Assembly (NCBI RefSeq): GCF_006345805.1
Contig: NC_042999.1
Span: forward strand, 161,262,001 to 161,326,000
Origin: Octopus sinensis
Lineage: Eukaryota
Length of the DNA: 64,000 bases
Direction: 5' to 3'
In this document: positions 41,088 through 54,436 of the stretch, piece after piece
Layout: each line of letters opens with the position of its first letter
How positions within the stretch are numbered: the first letter of the stretch is position 1
Position numbers and translations under genes: made by a program
Notes under the pieces: model-generated
What the model saw: the letters and a program-made list of their open reading frames with translations, nothing else
Database searches by the model: none
Told to the model about the DNA's origin: nothing

Positions 41088-41780
41088 ATAATGGTTTCAA
41101 ATTTTGGCCCGGCGAGCTGGCAGAAACGTTAGCACGCCGGGCGAAATGCTTAGCGGTATTTCGTCTGCGTTACGTTGAGAGTTCAAATTCCGCCGAGGTC
41201 GACTTTGCCTTTCATCCTTTCGAGGTCGATAAATTAATTACCAGTTACGCACTGGGGTCGATGTAATCGACTTAATACCTATGTCTGTCCCCTCTGTGTT
41301 TAGCCCCTTGTGGGTAATAAAGAAATAGGTTTCAAATTTTGGCACAAGGAGAGTAATCTTGTGGGGTGGGTAAGTCGATTACATCCACCCCAGTGCTCAA
41401 CTGGTACTCATTTTATGGACTCCGAAAGGATGAAAGGCAAAGTCGACCTGGGCGGCGTTTGAAAGCAGAACGTAAAGGCAGACGAAATACCTCTAAGCAT
41501 TTTGCCCGGCGTGCTAACAGTACCTATTTCTTTATTGCCCACAAGGGGCTAAACACAGAGGGGACAAACAAGGACAGACAAATGAATTAAGTCGATTACA
41601 TCGACCCCAATGCGTAACTGGTACTTAATTTATCGACCCCGAAAGGATGAAAGGCAAAGTCGACCTCGGCGGAATTTGAACTCACAACGTAACGCAGACG
41701 AAATACCGCTAAGCATTTCGCCCGGCGTGCTAACGTTTCTGCCAGCTCGCCGCCGTGCTAACAGTACCGCCAGTTGTCCA
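41088..41780. mobile_element. Nested SINE-B cluster: old minus-strand host with two young copies (41109-41327 +, 41524-41754 -)
   Basis: TSDs GGTTTCAAATTTTGGC (41093-41108 / 41328-41343) and GTGCTAACAGTAC (41511-41523 / 41755-41767). Confidence 0.9.
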
Positions 41781-42083
41781 TCCTTCATCAACACAAATAA
41801 TAACCGCACCATCAACACGACCGTTTCCAGGATCATTGACATCAGTCCCAAGAACAGCAATACCATTGTAACCACAACGACGAGCACCACCACCTCCACC
41901 AACACCATGATAATCACCGTCATTATCACCACCACCAACCACACACCTACCTACCACTACCTTTACACTGTCATTATCCACAAAACTCTTAAACAGTGGA
42001 AGTTCCCATGGTTCCTAGCAGAGAAGAGAACGATTGAAAGAAACCCCCTTTTAATTTCTTTTATTATTATTATTATTATTATT

Positions 42084-42642
42084 GAGTGAGAGAGCAGTGC
42101 ATGCCATCAAAGTGACACTGGGGTAAAATATACGAAGCCCAATATACCCATCATGACTACCCGTCTGATAAGGGTACACCAGGCACATGCATCACAACCA
42201 TATGTGCGCGACATGGTGATCTCATGTCAAGATAAACAGCACATGACCTTGCAGGTGGGGCCCAGTTAGAATTTTCTTCAGGTTGAGTAGCCCATCCCGC
42301 TCAAAAGGTCCCTGAATAAGGGTTGTTTAAGGATGTTGAAAGAACCACCCATGTTTCCATAGGTGAATTATTCAAACCCCAAAGAATCCCTCTCAACACA
42401 TGGCTATGATGCTCCCCCACTACTTCTGCTCGTGATCAGAGATGCACATATCGTCAGCCACTAAGGGACATGCTCAACTGGTTAAGGTCAAACCCCTGAC
42501 AAGACAAGCAAATCTGTGATATTGAGCAGAATATTTGCTGTAGCCCATCTTTTATACCAAGACAAAACAATGTACATGATAACACTTCCAATCAGTTAAG
42601 ATCAGAAGCCATGAGAGCCACTGCCTGGTACTGCATCAGGGC

Positions 42643-42646
<4 letters not shown>
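42084..42646 (-). mobile_element. Element X, apparently full length (563 bp)
   Basis: Minus strand AAATGCCCTGATGCAG...CTCTCTCACTC(AAT)n; (TAA)n on both sides; no ORF; no obvious tRNA head. Confidence 0.85.
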
Positions 42647-42733
<87 letters not shown>

Positions 42734-42736
<3 letters not shown>

Positions 42737-43187
42737 TACAATAATAAATCTTTGGGCGAGATATAAACAGTAACTGCTCTATAACATAAGAGGGATCAGC
42801 CATCTGAATGTGGCTAGGGTCAGGGCGGGGTGGTGGGGGTGTTACTGATGCATTTAGCCCCAGGCGAACATCGACGTCACTAGAAGAGCTGACACCATCT
42901 CGGTGTCCTTGCCAGCCAGCAAAGGGAGATCAGCCTCCCCGAAGATACGGATACTACACACGGACCGGTTTCGAGGTTATTGCCTCTTGTCAACGTATGG
43001 TAAGCACCGCTTAGTATCCGTATCTTCGGGGAGGCTGATCTCCCTTTGCTGGCTGGCAAGGACACCGAGATGGTGTCAGCTCTTCTGGTGACGTCGATGT
43101 TCGCCTGGGGCTAAATGCATCAGTAACACCCCCACCACCCCGCCCTGACCCTAGCCACATTCAGATAGCTGATCCCTCTTATGTTAT
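42734..43187 (-). mobile_element. Fold-back element: 176-bp inverted arms, 55-bp HHR-containing loop, 47-bp one-sided extension
   Basis: 42781-42956 is the reverse complement of 43012-43187 with two mismatches seen; (TAA)n on both sides. Confidence 0.9.
42957..42999 (-). ncRNA. Minimal type I hammerhead ribozyme, U3:A8 variant
   Basis: CAUACG-UUGACAA-GAGG-caauaa-CCUC-GAAA-CCGG-UC-CGUGUG: 6-bp stem I (one G.U), 4-bp stem II, palindromic stem III, GUC site. Confidence 0.8.
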
Positions 43188-43191
43188 TATT

Positions 43192-43611
<420 letters not shown>

Positions 43612-43765
43612 GTTATTGTTATTATTATTATTATTATTATTGCTCTATCTAGGTGAGTTGGGACGTTTAATTTTTCTTTTACTTCCGTTATTGCATAGCG
43701 TCCATATACATTTATTTATTTATTGTCAATACACACATCACTCTCTCTCACTCACACACACACAC

Positions 43766-43862
<97 letters not shown>

Positions 43863-45624
43863 GTAAATCTGTATGTAGTCAGAGATACCAGTATGTAAGT
43901 TTATATTTCTGCTTGTCAAAAGAAGTGTATGTACGTAGATGACTAGCGTTATATGTGGGCAAGAAACATGAGTCTCAAAGATTGGCTAAGAGTTTAATCC
44001 CGTAAGAAAAGATACTTCACAAAAAATATCTTCAATGCCAACAAATATCAAAATATTGACTATTCAAAGAGTGGTTTTATTGCTGGCGTCTTCAGTCTCA
44101 ACATAATATAATCTATGTCTCAGAAAAATCGGGCAAGTTTAGTAATTCAGTTACCTACATCTCCGAAATCAATCAGTAAAGGCAAGCTGTTCTGTCTAAA
44201 GATGAGGTTTTGCCTCAAAAAGTTTTCTCAAAATTTTAGTATTTAAAATATATTATTCTTTTAACAAAGTTATTGTAAACTTCATCGAACTTAATTACAC
44301 TGCCTAAGGTAAATAAATTATGACAAACATAAAAAAAAACATGTGATATATAGAAAAGCAATGAGTTGACAAGCTACAGAAATAATTAATTTTATTATAA
44401 ACATTTTGTAACTAAGCTTTCTAGATTGTTGAAAATAAACTTGAAATTCTCTCGTTTTGAGTTTTCTCCCCTTATATCCTCTTCACGTGATTATATTTTC
44501 CTTCAGACGTTTATAAAGTTTATTCCCTCCCCTCCACACACATAAAAATGTATTCTCTTACTTTGCATGTATATAGACTAAATATATTATTTATCTAAAA
44601 TTTTGACTTGGGAAACAATCTTTTTAACTTTTCTAAGAACTTGATTGGACAATACTTCACAGATGAGGTATATACTAAACAGAAACACACCCTGATTTGT
44701 TATAGCATTTCCGACCTTCCTTAATCACCATTGCAACCGCATATCTTTCAGATTTTCTTAAAAAATAGACAGATTTTTCACTGAAAGTAAAAACAGAATC
44801 ACGAAGAGACTGCCATTCTGAAATATATTTCTGAGATACTGCATCCTGCCAGTGAGAATAGAAATATTTCTTGTGTTTAACTTCAGAATGATAGCCTAGG
44901 AAGAAGCCAAGTAGTCTATAGCCTTGATGTTGGTATCTGGACCTTAACAAGTCGAAGGAACTCTAGCATCCACGATCTGATGACGTCATCCATAGTGCAA
45001 TCTATTTTCAAACACGTTGTCTAAGAGGAAATATTTCCCCCGGGACTATTTTCACAGAGAAAGGTCTTCCTACATTCGACTGCACACGAATGTACTAAAT
45101 ATCACTGCACATGAATATGCTTTATTCAAGGCTGCTTCGTATGATTCTGCTTAATCAATTCTTGCTTCACCAAGCGTTACCCACGCCATGAAATTTATTG
45201 TTTACTGTTCTGGTACATCAGAGCTATTGTTCTGATACAGCTGTGATCAAGAGATTCGGCATTTGTGGCTGATTGCACGTCACAAGTAGAAATGCATGCA
45301 TCCCATGATTTGATGATGTCATTCATAACTCAATGAGTTTTCATACACGTTGTCTAAGGGGAAATATTTCTCCCGAAAATATTTCGCAGCGAAAGTTCCT
45401 CCCATGTCCGAGTGTACACGATGTGTTAAACATCATCATACATGCATATATTATTCAACGCTGATTAGTACGACTTTGCTAGATGAATATAATATAATAA
45501 ACAATATAATATTACATAATATATATATATATAAACTAATACACCTGCTTGTTGTTCCTACACTTACCTTCGTCTTTTGTCTTCTTTAAATTTGAACTGT
45601 ATATGTATATATTTATATATATAT

Positions 45625-45663
<39 letters not shown>

Positions 45664-45683
45664 TATGTATGTATGTATGTATG

Positions 45684-45743
<60 letters not shown>

Positions 45744-45835
45744 CATACATACATACATTCAAAATGTGACCGCGTCTGTACCGTTGGCGATTTTTTTCCT
45801 CTGTCTTTCCTTCTCTGGATCTTTCCTTCTCCTAT

Positions 45836-45870
45836 GTTTCCGACGAAGACCTCCGCTCGAAACGTAAAAC
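45836..45870 (+). ncRNA. Degenerate type I HHR-like motif in a probable PLE terminal fragment (~45760-45975)
   Basis: GUUU-CCGACGA-A-GACC-ucc-GCUC-GAAA-CG-UA-AAAC; U4C substitution and one stem II mismatch. Confidence 0.4.
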
Positions 45871-46339
45871 CCTCCTTCTTCCCTTCCTTCCTGGGCGTCC
45901 AATAATACTATATTTGTTCCACGTCCTCGCATTGTTGTGTTTTCTCTTTGTGTTTTCATGTTTGGATTAACTTTATATATACATATATATATACACGTGC
46001 ACGCACACACACGCACACACAACCAACCACCCGCGCGCATACACTTACATGCTTATTCATAGATATACGTACATTCACAAAACCCGCACAGGCTACAAAT
46101 ATTATACAAATTATATAGAGAATAACAGTTTGATGGATGTATGCGTAAGTTTGTGAGAGAAAATGTGTTGCTCGTGTTAATAAACCAAACGTTATTCATG
46201 ATATCCTTCATATCTAATCTCATGCTGTAAACACGAAATAAACGGCTATTACTGTAAATACTCGACATGGTAAATGCATATCGCTTGCGAAAACAGAAAT
46301 ATACAGAGGTATGTTTGAAGATATATATCTGAATAGATA

Positions 46340-47592
46340 TCAAGATAATTATGAATGAAATGTTCGATTTTGAGCTGATAGTTTATTTTACTTTATCTCA
46401 ACAAAAAACAATACAGTTAATCAAAGTATGCTCCTAAATTATCAACACGATTTTGCCATTTTATTCTGGAGAGCAACAGGTGATGAAATCACGAAAGGCT
46501 GCTTTTGCATCTTCTTCAGATTTGAAGGTTTTTTCCTTTCAAAAAGTTGTCTAATGCCTGGAAAACGTGATAGTCAGTTGGTCCAATATGGTGAATATGG
46601 TGGATGACAGAGTACTTCCAAGTTCAGTTCCTGTAACTTGAGTAGGGTTCTTTGTGCAACATATGGTCAAGCATTATCTTGCAAGAGAATTGGCCTGTCT
46701 CTATTGACCAATCTCGGTTGTTTAATTGCAAGTTCACTCATCATTTCATCCAATTGGTTGATGTATACATTCGCTGTAATTGACTTACCAGGTCTCATGA
46801 AGTTGTAGTGGATAACACCAGTGCTGGACCACCAAACACATCATTAGCTTTTTTTGGTGCATATTCTTTTTTGGATTGCGTTTTGGCACTTCGTCATTAT
46901 CCAATCACCGTGCAGAATGCTTGCTATTGTTGAAAAGAATCCATTTTTCATCACACGTAACAATACGATGCAAAAACGGTTCGCTTTCATGTTATGACAG
47001 CAAAGAACAGCAAGTTTCAAGACGACGTGTCATCAGATGCTCATTCAGTTAGTATGGTACCCACTTATCCAGCTTCTTTACCTCGCCGATTTGTTTCAGA
47101 TGGTCCAATACAGTTGAAATTGAAACATCAAACCTTGCTGCTAACTCACACGTAGTTTGTGAGGTATCCGCTTCCACTACAGTTTCCAGCTCATCATTAT
47201 CCACGTTGGTCTCAGGTCTACCACGGGGCTGGTTTTCAAGAGTAAACTCACCAGACCGGAACTTTTCAAACCATCGATGTACAGTGTGCTCATTCACCAC
47301 ATCTTCCCCAAACACCTCATTAATGTTTCGAGCTGTTTGGGATACATTGGTTCCACGACTGAACTCATATTCATAAACAACAGGAATTTTTTTATCTATC
47401 CATGGGTTCACAAAAATTGATTTACAAAAGAACATTCACAATATAATCAGACACCAGGAGTTGCATTTCGAAAAGTGACAATGCAACTCTTCAATGTTGT
47501 AAAACAAAGAATTGTCAGGATAAAATATTTGAGTTAACAACTGTCTAAGTTGGTGCATAAGAAAATCAGACATTTCATTGTTAATGACCTGA
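46340..47592 (-). mobile_element. Decayed mariner (Tc1/mariner) DNA transposon
   Basis: ~1.25 kb, TA on both flanks, diverged TIRs sharing AATGAAATGT..GATTTT; ORF 47049-47435 with HTH region and KLDKWVPY, then TCDEKW remnant; stops. Confidence 0.9.
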
Positions 47593-47640
47593 TACAGTGT
47601 TGCATATATTTCACGCATCATGCACACACACACACACACA

Positions 47641-47700
<60 letters not shown>

Positions 47701-48100
47701 CACAAACACACACATGCATACACGATACACACAAACACACACCTTCACACGCGCATGCACACACTATGGGTGAGAATACGTCAAGAAGCATACATATAGA
47801 TCGGATTAGGGCTAAAATCAAATGGAATTATTGAAGGCCCAACGCCCTAATCACGAAATACGTAAAGCAGCTGAACAAAAGTTGGCTATCAGAAACGCAC
47901 AGGTCGAGTCAATCTTTAATAAAGATTAAAGATGGACAAACAGTTGTCTATGACGCCAAAACTGTTATAAATAAATTACATAAACATAAATATAGTTGCA
48001 ATTTAGCTGAAATCAAAGACAGTCAATGGTAGACCTTTACGAATAACTATACAAATAAAATATTGAACATTTTATAATAAATGCTTTGATACCAACTGCT

Positions 48101-48135
<35 letters not shown>

Positions 48136-49409
48136 CTACTCCGCTCGTTTGTATGTGTATGTGTATGTATTACTGTGCTGACTCAAACCAAACCCGGGTT
48201 ATCGTACAGGATTAGTTGTTTCGTTGTGCGTAAATACGTATACTGTACGCATTATATTTGTTTGTATACGTAAGCGTGCATATATGTCTATGAGTATACG
48301 CGAGGGTACGAGGGCGTGTACGAGTGTTCCTGTGTGTGTATATGAATCAATATGTAGGTGTGCGTGTCTGTGTACCAGTAAGTGTTGGATCTAGTTTTTA
48401 TCATTTGCAAAATATGCATTTTTTAAAAAGGAAGTAAAAATCTGAAAATCGGCTATAATAATGTAGCCTTCCAGTCTCATTGCCTTGAAGGTATGATGTT
48501 GTGGAGAAAAAAGTTACAAAGGTTTAAAAATCGAAAAAACTGTGTATTTATAGCCAATAGCGAGGCAGAAATTTTCTGCGTTTAGTGAAGCGGTGTCAAA
48601 CTTTAAGATTGTACCCTGTGAAGCTTATAGTTTAGTGTCTGTTCATTGTAGGTTTCTAAATAAACAGAAATACATAGTAAAATCAACATGTATCATCTTA
48701 CTGTTTCTTTTGCCTTTTCATTGTACTTTTTAATTTTTAAAAATTTGCTATTTTAATATATTTGTCTGCATGTATTTACTTTATGTGTATTTCAGTAGTA
48801 TGTATACCTGTCATGTATTTGTGTACATCATTAATATATAAGTGCATGTGTGTGTATGTGTGTGTGTGTCTCCAAACCTCCAAAGTTGAGTAACGTTTTC
48901 ATGCTTGGATTTGTAAACTACGATAAGAATAACACTGGTCAACAAAGAATTTGTCCCAAAGAAAAGAATACCTGTATCTTATGTCAAATTAACTGTATCA
49001 CCCACAGTTTCTCTGTTCCACGATATCCTTCTTACTTCCTATTACGTGGGCTAAATTTCAGTTAAACTGTTGAAATGTGAAGCTAACGGTTTAAGAAATA
49101 CTCCTAATTTAAGTTTTTATGAATAGAATCATAAATCATAGGGAAATCATAAATCCAGCTATCTGAGTCAATGAGTCCCAAAAATATATAAAATGAAAAA
49201 TATGTAAAGATACTCACAAAGGAAAATTACAGAAAAATGCTAACACAGAGAAGTACAGAAAAATATGTAATATACTAACAGAGAAATTTCAACAAAACAC
49301 GCGTGTGAGAAGAATCTTGTGGTTTGAAGAATCAAGTGTGAAAAAGAAACATAGACAACAGGACAGACAACAGTGAACCACAACACAGCGTGCGGTTGTC
49401 ATGGTAATA

Positions 49410-49640
49410 GGCGGCGAGCCGGCAGAAACGTTAGCACGCCGGGCGAAATGCGTAGCCGTATTTCGTCTGACGTTACGTTCTGAGTTCAAATTCCGCCGAG
49501 GTCGACTTTGCCTTTCATCCTTTCGGGGTCGATTAAATAAGTACCAGTTACGCACTGGGGTCGATATAATTGACTTAATCCCTTTGTCTGTCCTTGTTTG
49601 TCCTCTCTGTGTTTAGCCCCTTGTGGGTAGTAAAGAAATA
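49410..49640 (+). mobile_element. SINE-B, young full-length copy
   Basis: Nearly identical to the reverse complement of 41524-41754. Confidence 0.9.
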
Positions 49641-49876
49641 GGTAACAAGCTGTTAATGCCACGCTGTCTGTTGATTGGCTAAAATGACCCCAATTTCCCA
49701 AATTTAATTCCAAATAACATCAGATTCTCTTAATTTAAGAGATAAAGTAATTGGTTGATTGTAATCAAAATTCGGAGTTGCATCGATACAGCAAAATTGA
49801 AAGCAATCTGAGCAAAATTAAAGGGGGTTCATTTTGTCAATGAGAAAGATCAGACCCTAAGTGCCTACTTCCGTGC

Positions 49877-49991
49877 GTATTTTGTACGAGTATGTTCGCG
49901 AGTGTCCGCGTGTGTCCGTATTTTGTACGAGTATGTTCGCGAGTGTCCGCGTGTGTCCGTATTTTGTACGAGTATGTTCGCGAGTGTCCGC
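49877..49991. repeat. 41-bp minisatellite, ~2.8 copies
   Basis: Unit GTATTTTGTACGAGTATGTTCGCGAGTGTCCGCGTGTGTCC at 49877, 49918 and 49959. Confidence 0.95.
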
Positions 49992-51137
49992 CAGTATGTC
50001 TTCATACTGTTTGTTTGCGCGTGTTTATATATTTTTGATTTATATGAATGTGTGTTTGGGAGTCTGTGATCCGTGTGTATACTTGTGCAAGTTTATGTCT
50101 GGCTGCGTAGGTGTGTTTGTGTATATATATATATATATAAAGGGGGGGGGTAGAAAGAGGGTGGGCGAGAAAGACAGAGGAAGAAATAAAGAAAGCAACA
50201 GAAGGGAGATGAACAAGCAGTGTCTGATGAATATGAGAAGACGAAGCAGAAGTTGAAGGGCAGAGACGGTCACACTTGGATTGGTCAGCAAGGTCATGGT
50301 TGGTCTGTTGCTAAATTGATACTGGATGGAGATGTAATCATGGGCTGTTCATTGTTCCGTGACTGGTCACAGCACATGTCACTGAGGACTTTGCGTGTGG
50401 AGGCGTGTGTATGTATGCATATGTGTGCATGTGTATGTGTATATTAGTTGTGTGAGTGTATGTCTGAGTGATGTGTGTGTATGTGTGTGTGTGTGTGTGT
50501 GCGTGTGGAAAGAGTATGCGAATGTGCATGGGAGGTTTATGAATGATGTATTGTGTTAGAGAATTGTACATGACAAATTACGTGAAAGTGTATATAAGAG
50601 GGATTATTTATGTCACGTGGTGTATGAGTGTGAAGGGATTCATAGAGGAAACTTAGAATGGCACATAGTGTGTATGCATATAAGGAACTGAGTGTGACAT
50701 GTAGTTTATATATGTGTGTAGATGCGAATGTGTTTAGGGGAATTGAAAGTAGCATGCGATATGTGTGTGAGTGTATACAGGAAGATGTGTAGAAAAATTT
50801 CTGTGGGGAGGGGGTCCCCGAAGAAGAAAGAGTGTGTGTGTGTTATAAGCGTGCGTATCAGTATTTATATGCGGGCATGCATGTGTACATATGTGTTTAT
50901 ATGTGTCGGTCTGTGAGTATGCGTGTGCAGGGGTATGCTACCCTATACGTGTATATAAATCCATACGTCTCTTAATGAGCTTCATCATAATAAAATTTAT
51001 CTGCTGTGAATCGAGACTGGCGTAGTTCGGTGTATTGCAAATGTAACTTACGTAATGTAGTAGACTAGCCGTACACGCATACTCATGGACACAATGCCAT
51101 ACAGAGAGATACACCTCATATATATATGTGTGTGTGT

Positions 51138-51175
<38 letters not shown>

Positions 51176-51462
51176 TTTTTTCTAATAAATTTACAGTTAG
51201 ACTAGTTTAATCAACACTTTTCAACTAAGTGTACAACATAGGTGAAACTCTAGCATAATTTCATTTAGCAGGTAGAACGGTCCCCAGAGTATTTTCCATC
51301 AGTCACTACTCTTTCTTTCGTTCAATCACTGTGTGTGTGTGTGGGTGTGGGTGTGTGCGTGCGTAATTTCACCGGGTGAAATCTGAAGGTGGACGAGCTG
51401 TATACTGTATTCTACTCTCCTATGTTCTTAACAGAATATACCATAACTATATATATGTATAT

Positions 51463-51792
51463 CGGAGACCCCCTTCAGTCACGACACAGACCATGGGATT
51501 GCACCTAGAAAGTTACCCTCCCAGGCACAAGTCCGGGCGAGGTTGTTTATGGAAGACCAGCAGTTGCCCATGCATACCAGCCTCCCCTCTCCACGCCACT
51601 AATGTCATCCAAGGGAAAGGCTGATACAGCTTGGCACCAGTGACGTTGCAACTCATTTCTACAGTTGAGTGAACTGGAGCAACGTGAAATAAAGTGCCTT
51701 GCTCAAGAACACAACACGCAGCCCGGTCCGGGATTCGAGCTCACAACCTCACGATCGTAAGCTCGACGCTCTAACCACTGATCCAAGCGCCT
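51463..51792 (-). mobile_element. SINE-D (tRNA-derived CORE-like SINE)
   Basis: GGATCAGTGGTTAGAGCG...CTCGAATCCC head; TGTGTTCTTGAGCAAGGCACTTTA core. Confidence 0.8.
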
Positions 51793-51795
51793 TAT

Positions 51796-51827
<32 letters not shown>

Positions 51828-51853
51828 ACCACACACACACACACACCACACAC

Positions 51854-51890
<37 letters not shown>

Positions 51891-51996
51891 TATTATATAT
51901 ATATATATATATATATATACATACATATATATATATATGTATGTGTGTATGTAAAAGAATAATATACCACAACTATACATTTATATATATATATAT

Positions 51997-52054
<58 letters not shown>

Positions 52055-52156
52055 CATACATATATATATATATACATACATATATATATATATATATAAT
52101 ATATATAAAATCATATATTTATGTATATATATACATATATCTATGTATGTGCATAT

Positions 52157-52187
<31 letters not shown>

Positions 52188-52202
<15 letters not shown>

Positions 52203-52691
52203 TGTAGTTGTGTGAGTGTCTGTCCCCTTCGATTTAGATTCCTATCTACTCCCACATTTTGCGGTGCAGTTTAACCAAATTCGGGTATCTTATAGTCGTG
52301 ATTCATATCGAGCCCGTCTGGGTATTAGCGCGCGTCTACGATGAGTCTACGATTTTAAAAATAATTTAACATCATTTTTTATTCCATTTTAATGCATAAT
52401 TTTTCGTGTGTCGATGGCGGCGGAGTTGGCGTCCACGCTCACAGCTGCACCTGTTTGCTTCTCCCCTCCTTCCCTCCCTCGTGAAGCTGTGGGGAAGGGA
52501 GTGTAAGGAAATCAACGTCGTAAAGCGTTGTCAAGGAGACCAGCGTTCTTTTAGAACAACGACTTCATGGCTTGAAGACACCAAAACAGAAATGGCTAAA
52601 AAAGCCCGAATTGGAAGGGAAGTAACTCTCTAAAAATGCTTATATAGTTATTTCCCTTACAAACCCGAGCAACGCCGGGCGATACTGCTAG
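52188..52691 (+). mobile_element. Non-autonomous Helitron, tandem copy 1
   Basis: Same family as 24871; hairpin and CTAG end; 5' end merges with (TA)n. Confidence 0.85.
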
Positions 52692-53250
52692 TCTCTATAT
52701 ATAAAACTGTAGTTGTGTGAGTGTCTGTCTCCTACGATTTAGATTCCTAACTACTCCCACATTTTGCGGTGCAGTTTAACCAAATTCGGGTATCTTATAG
52801 TCGTGATTCATATCGAGCCCGTCTGGGTATTAGCGCGCGTCTACGATGAGTCTACGATTTTTTAAATAATTTAACATCATTTTTTCCATTTTAACGCATA
52901 TTTTTTCCTGTGTCGATGGCGGCGGAGTTGGCGTCCATGGTCACACCTGCACCTGTGTTGCTTCTTCCCCTTCTTCCCTCCCTCATGAAGCTGTGGGGAA
53001 GGGAGTGTAACGAAATCAACGTCATAAAGCGTTGTCAAGGAGACCAGCGTTCTTTTAGAATAACGACTTCATGGCTTGAAGACACCAAAACAGAAAATGT
53101 CTACGATGAGTCAACGATTTAAAAAAAATTACCATAATTTTTTTCTATTTTTAATGCATTTTTTTTGCTATTTTCTGGCTATAACTCTCTAAAAATGCTT
53201 ATATAGTTATTTCCCTTACAAACCCGAGCAACGCCGGGCGATACTGCTAG
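52692..53250 (+). mobile_element. Non-autonomous Helitron, tandem copy 2
   Basis: CTAG|TC head-to-tail junction at 52691/52692; CTAG|T end. Confidence 0.9.
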
Positions 53251-54085
53251 TATATATATATATATATATATACATACATATATAAATTTGAACGATTAAA
53301 ATTATATATATATATAGATAGATTGAGAGAGAGGGGGAGAGATAGATAGACAGATAAATAGATAGATATACATATGCATATATGGGTACAGGACGTCTGT
53401 CGGTCAATGCTCGAAATGAGGAGTAGATAGACAGACAACAACTGAAGAAGGGTCGTTCTTTATGTTACTTGTCCTGTTTTCCATTTGTCTCTCTCGTTGT
53501 TTGCGTATTGAACTCATTCGTTTTCGTATTTCATGTTGTTTACTGTTGGTGATGTCCTGTGCCCATATATTTATTTCCAAGTAGTTTATCTTCATCTTTT
53601 TGATGCGACTCTACTCTATACTGTTTTCCTCCCCCATCGTTTTCTCTCTCATCTTTTCACTAATTCCCTTTTTTCTCCCCTTCGCAGATTTCTATCTGTC
53701 TGTCTGTCTGTCTCTGTATGTCTGTCTCTGTCTCTATCTGTCTGTCTGTCTCTGTCTCCCTCTCTCTCTCTATCTTCCCCTCTTTCTTCTGTTCTCTCTC
53801 TCGTTGTTCACACGTGACCATCATCCATCTTTCTTGTCCTCACGTTATCATCTTTCTTTTCTTTCAGGACTGTCCTAAGGACTGGACGTATCCTACCTCT
53901 CTCTCTTCTATCTTTTCCCTTGTCAAAGAAAATTCTTTTGCAGCGTTCGCTATTTTACCTTCGTTTTGGTCTAACGATCCTCCATGTTTGTTTTCGTTCG
54001 GTTTCCTTCTATGTTTCCTCTGTCCTATTTTTGTTCCCAACTTTGACCGTCCATAAACCCCTATATATATATACATACCTGAATA

Positions 54086-54163
<78 letters not shown>

Positions 54164-54169
54164 CATATA

Positions 54170-54320
54170 TACAACAGGCTTCTTTCAGTTTCCATCTGCC
54201 AAATCCACTCACAAGGCTTTGGTCGGCTCGAGGCTATAGTAGAAAACATTTACTCAAGGTTGTACGTAGTGGGACTGAACCCTACACTATTTGATTGGAA
54301 GCATGCTTCTTAACCCACAA
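54170..54320 (-). mobile_element. SINE-A 5' half
   Basis: Head region only, ending in (TA)n. Confidence 0.7.
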
Positions 54321-54436
54321 TACATATGGAAGACCTACATTGTGATACTACTTACATGTATGGAACAGCTATACATAAATACATTAGAGTTCATTAAAAA
54401 GAACATTCAACCGACTAGAAATGATTCTATCACCAG

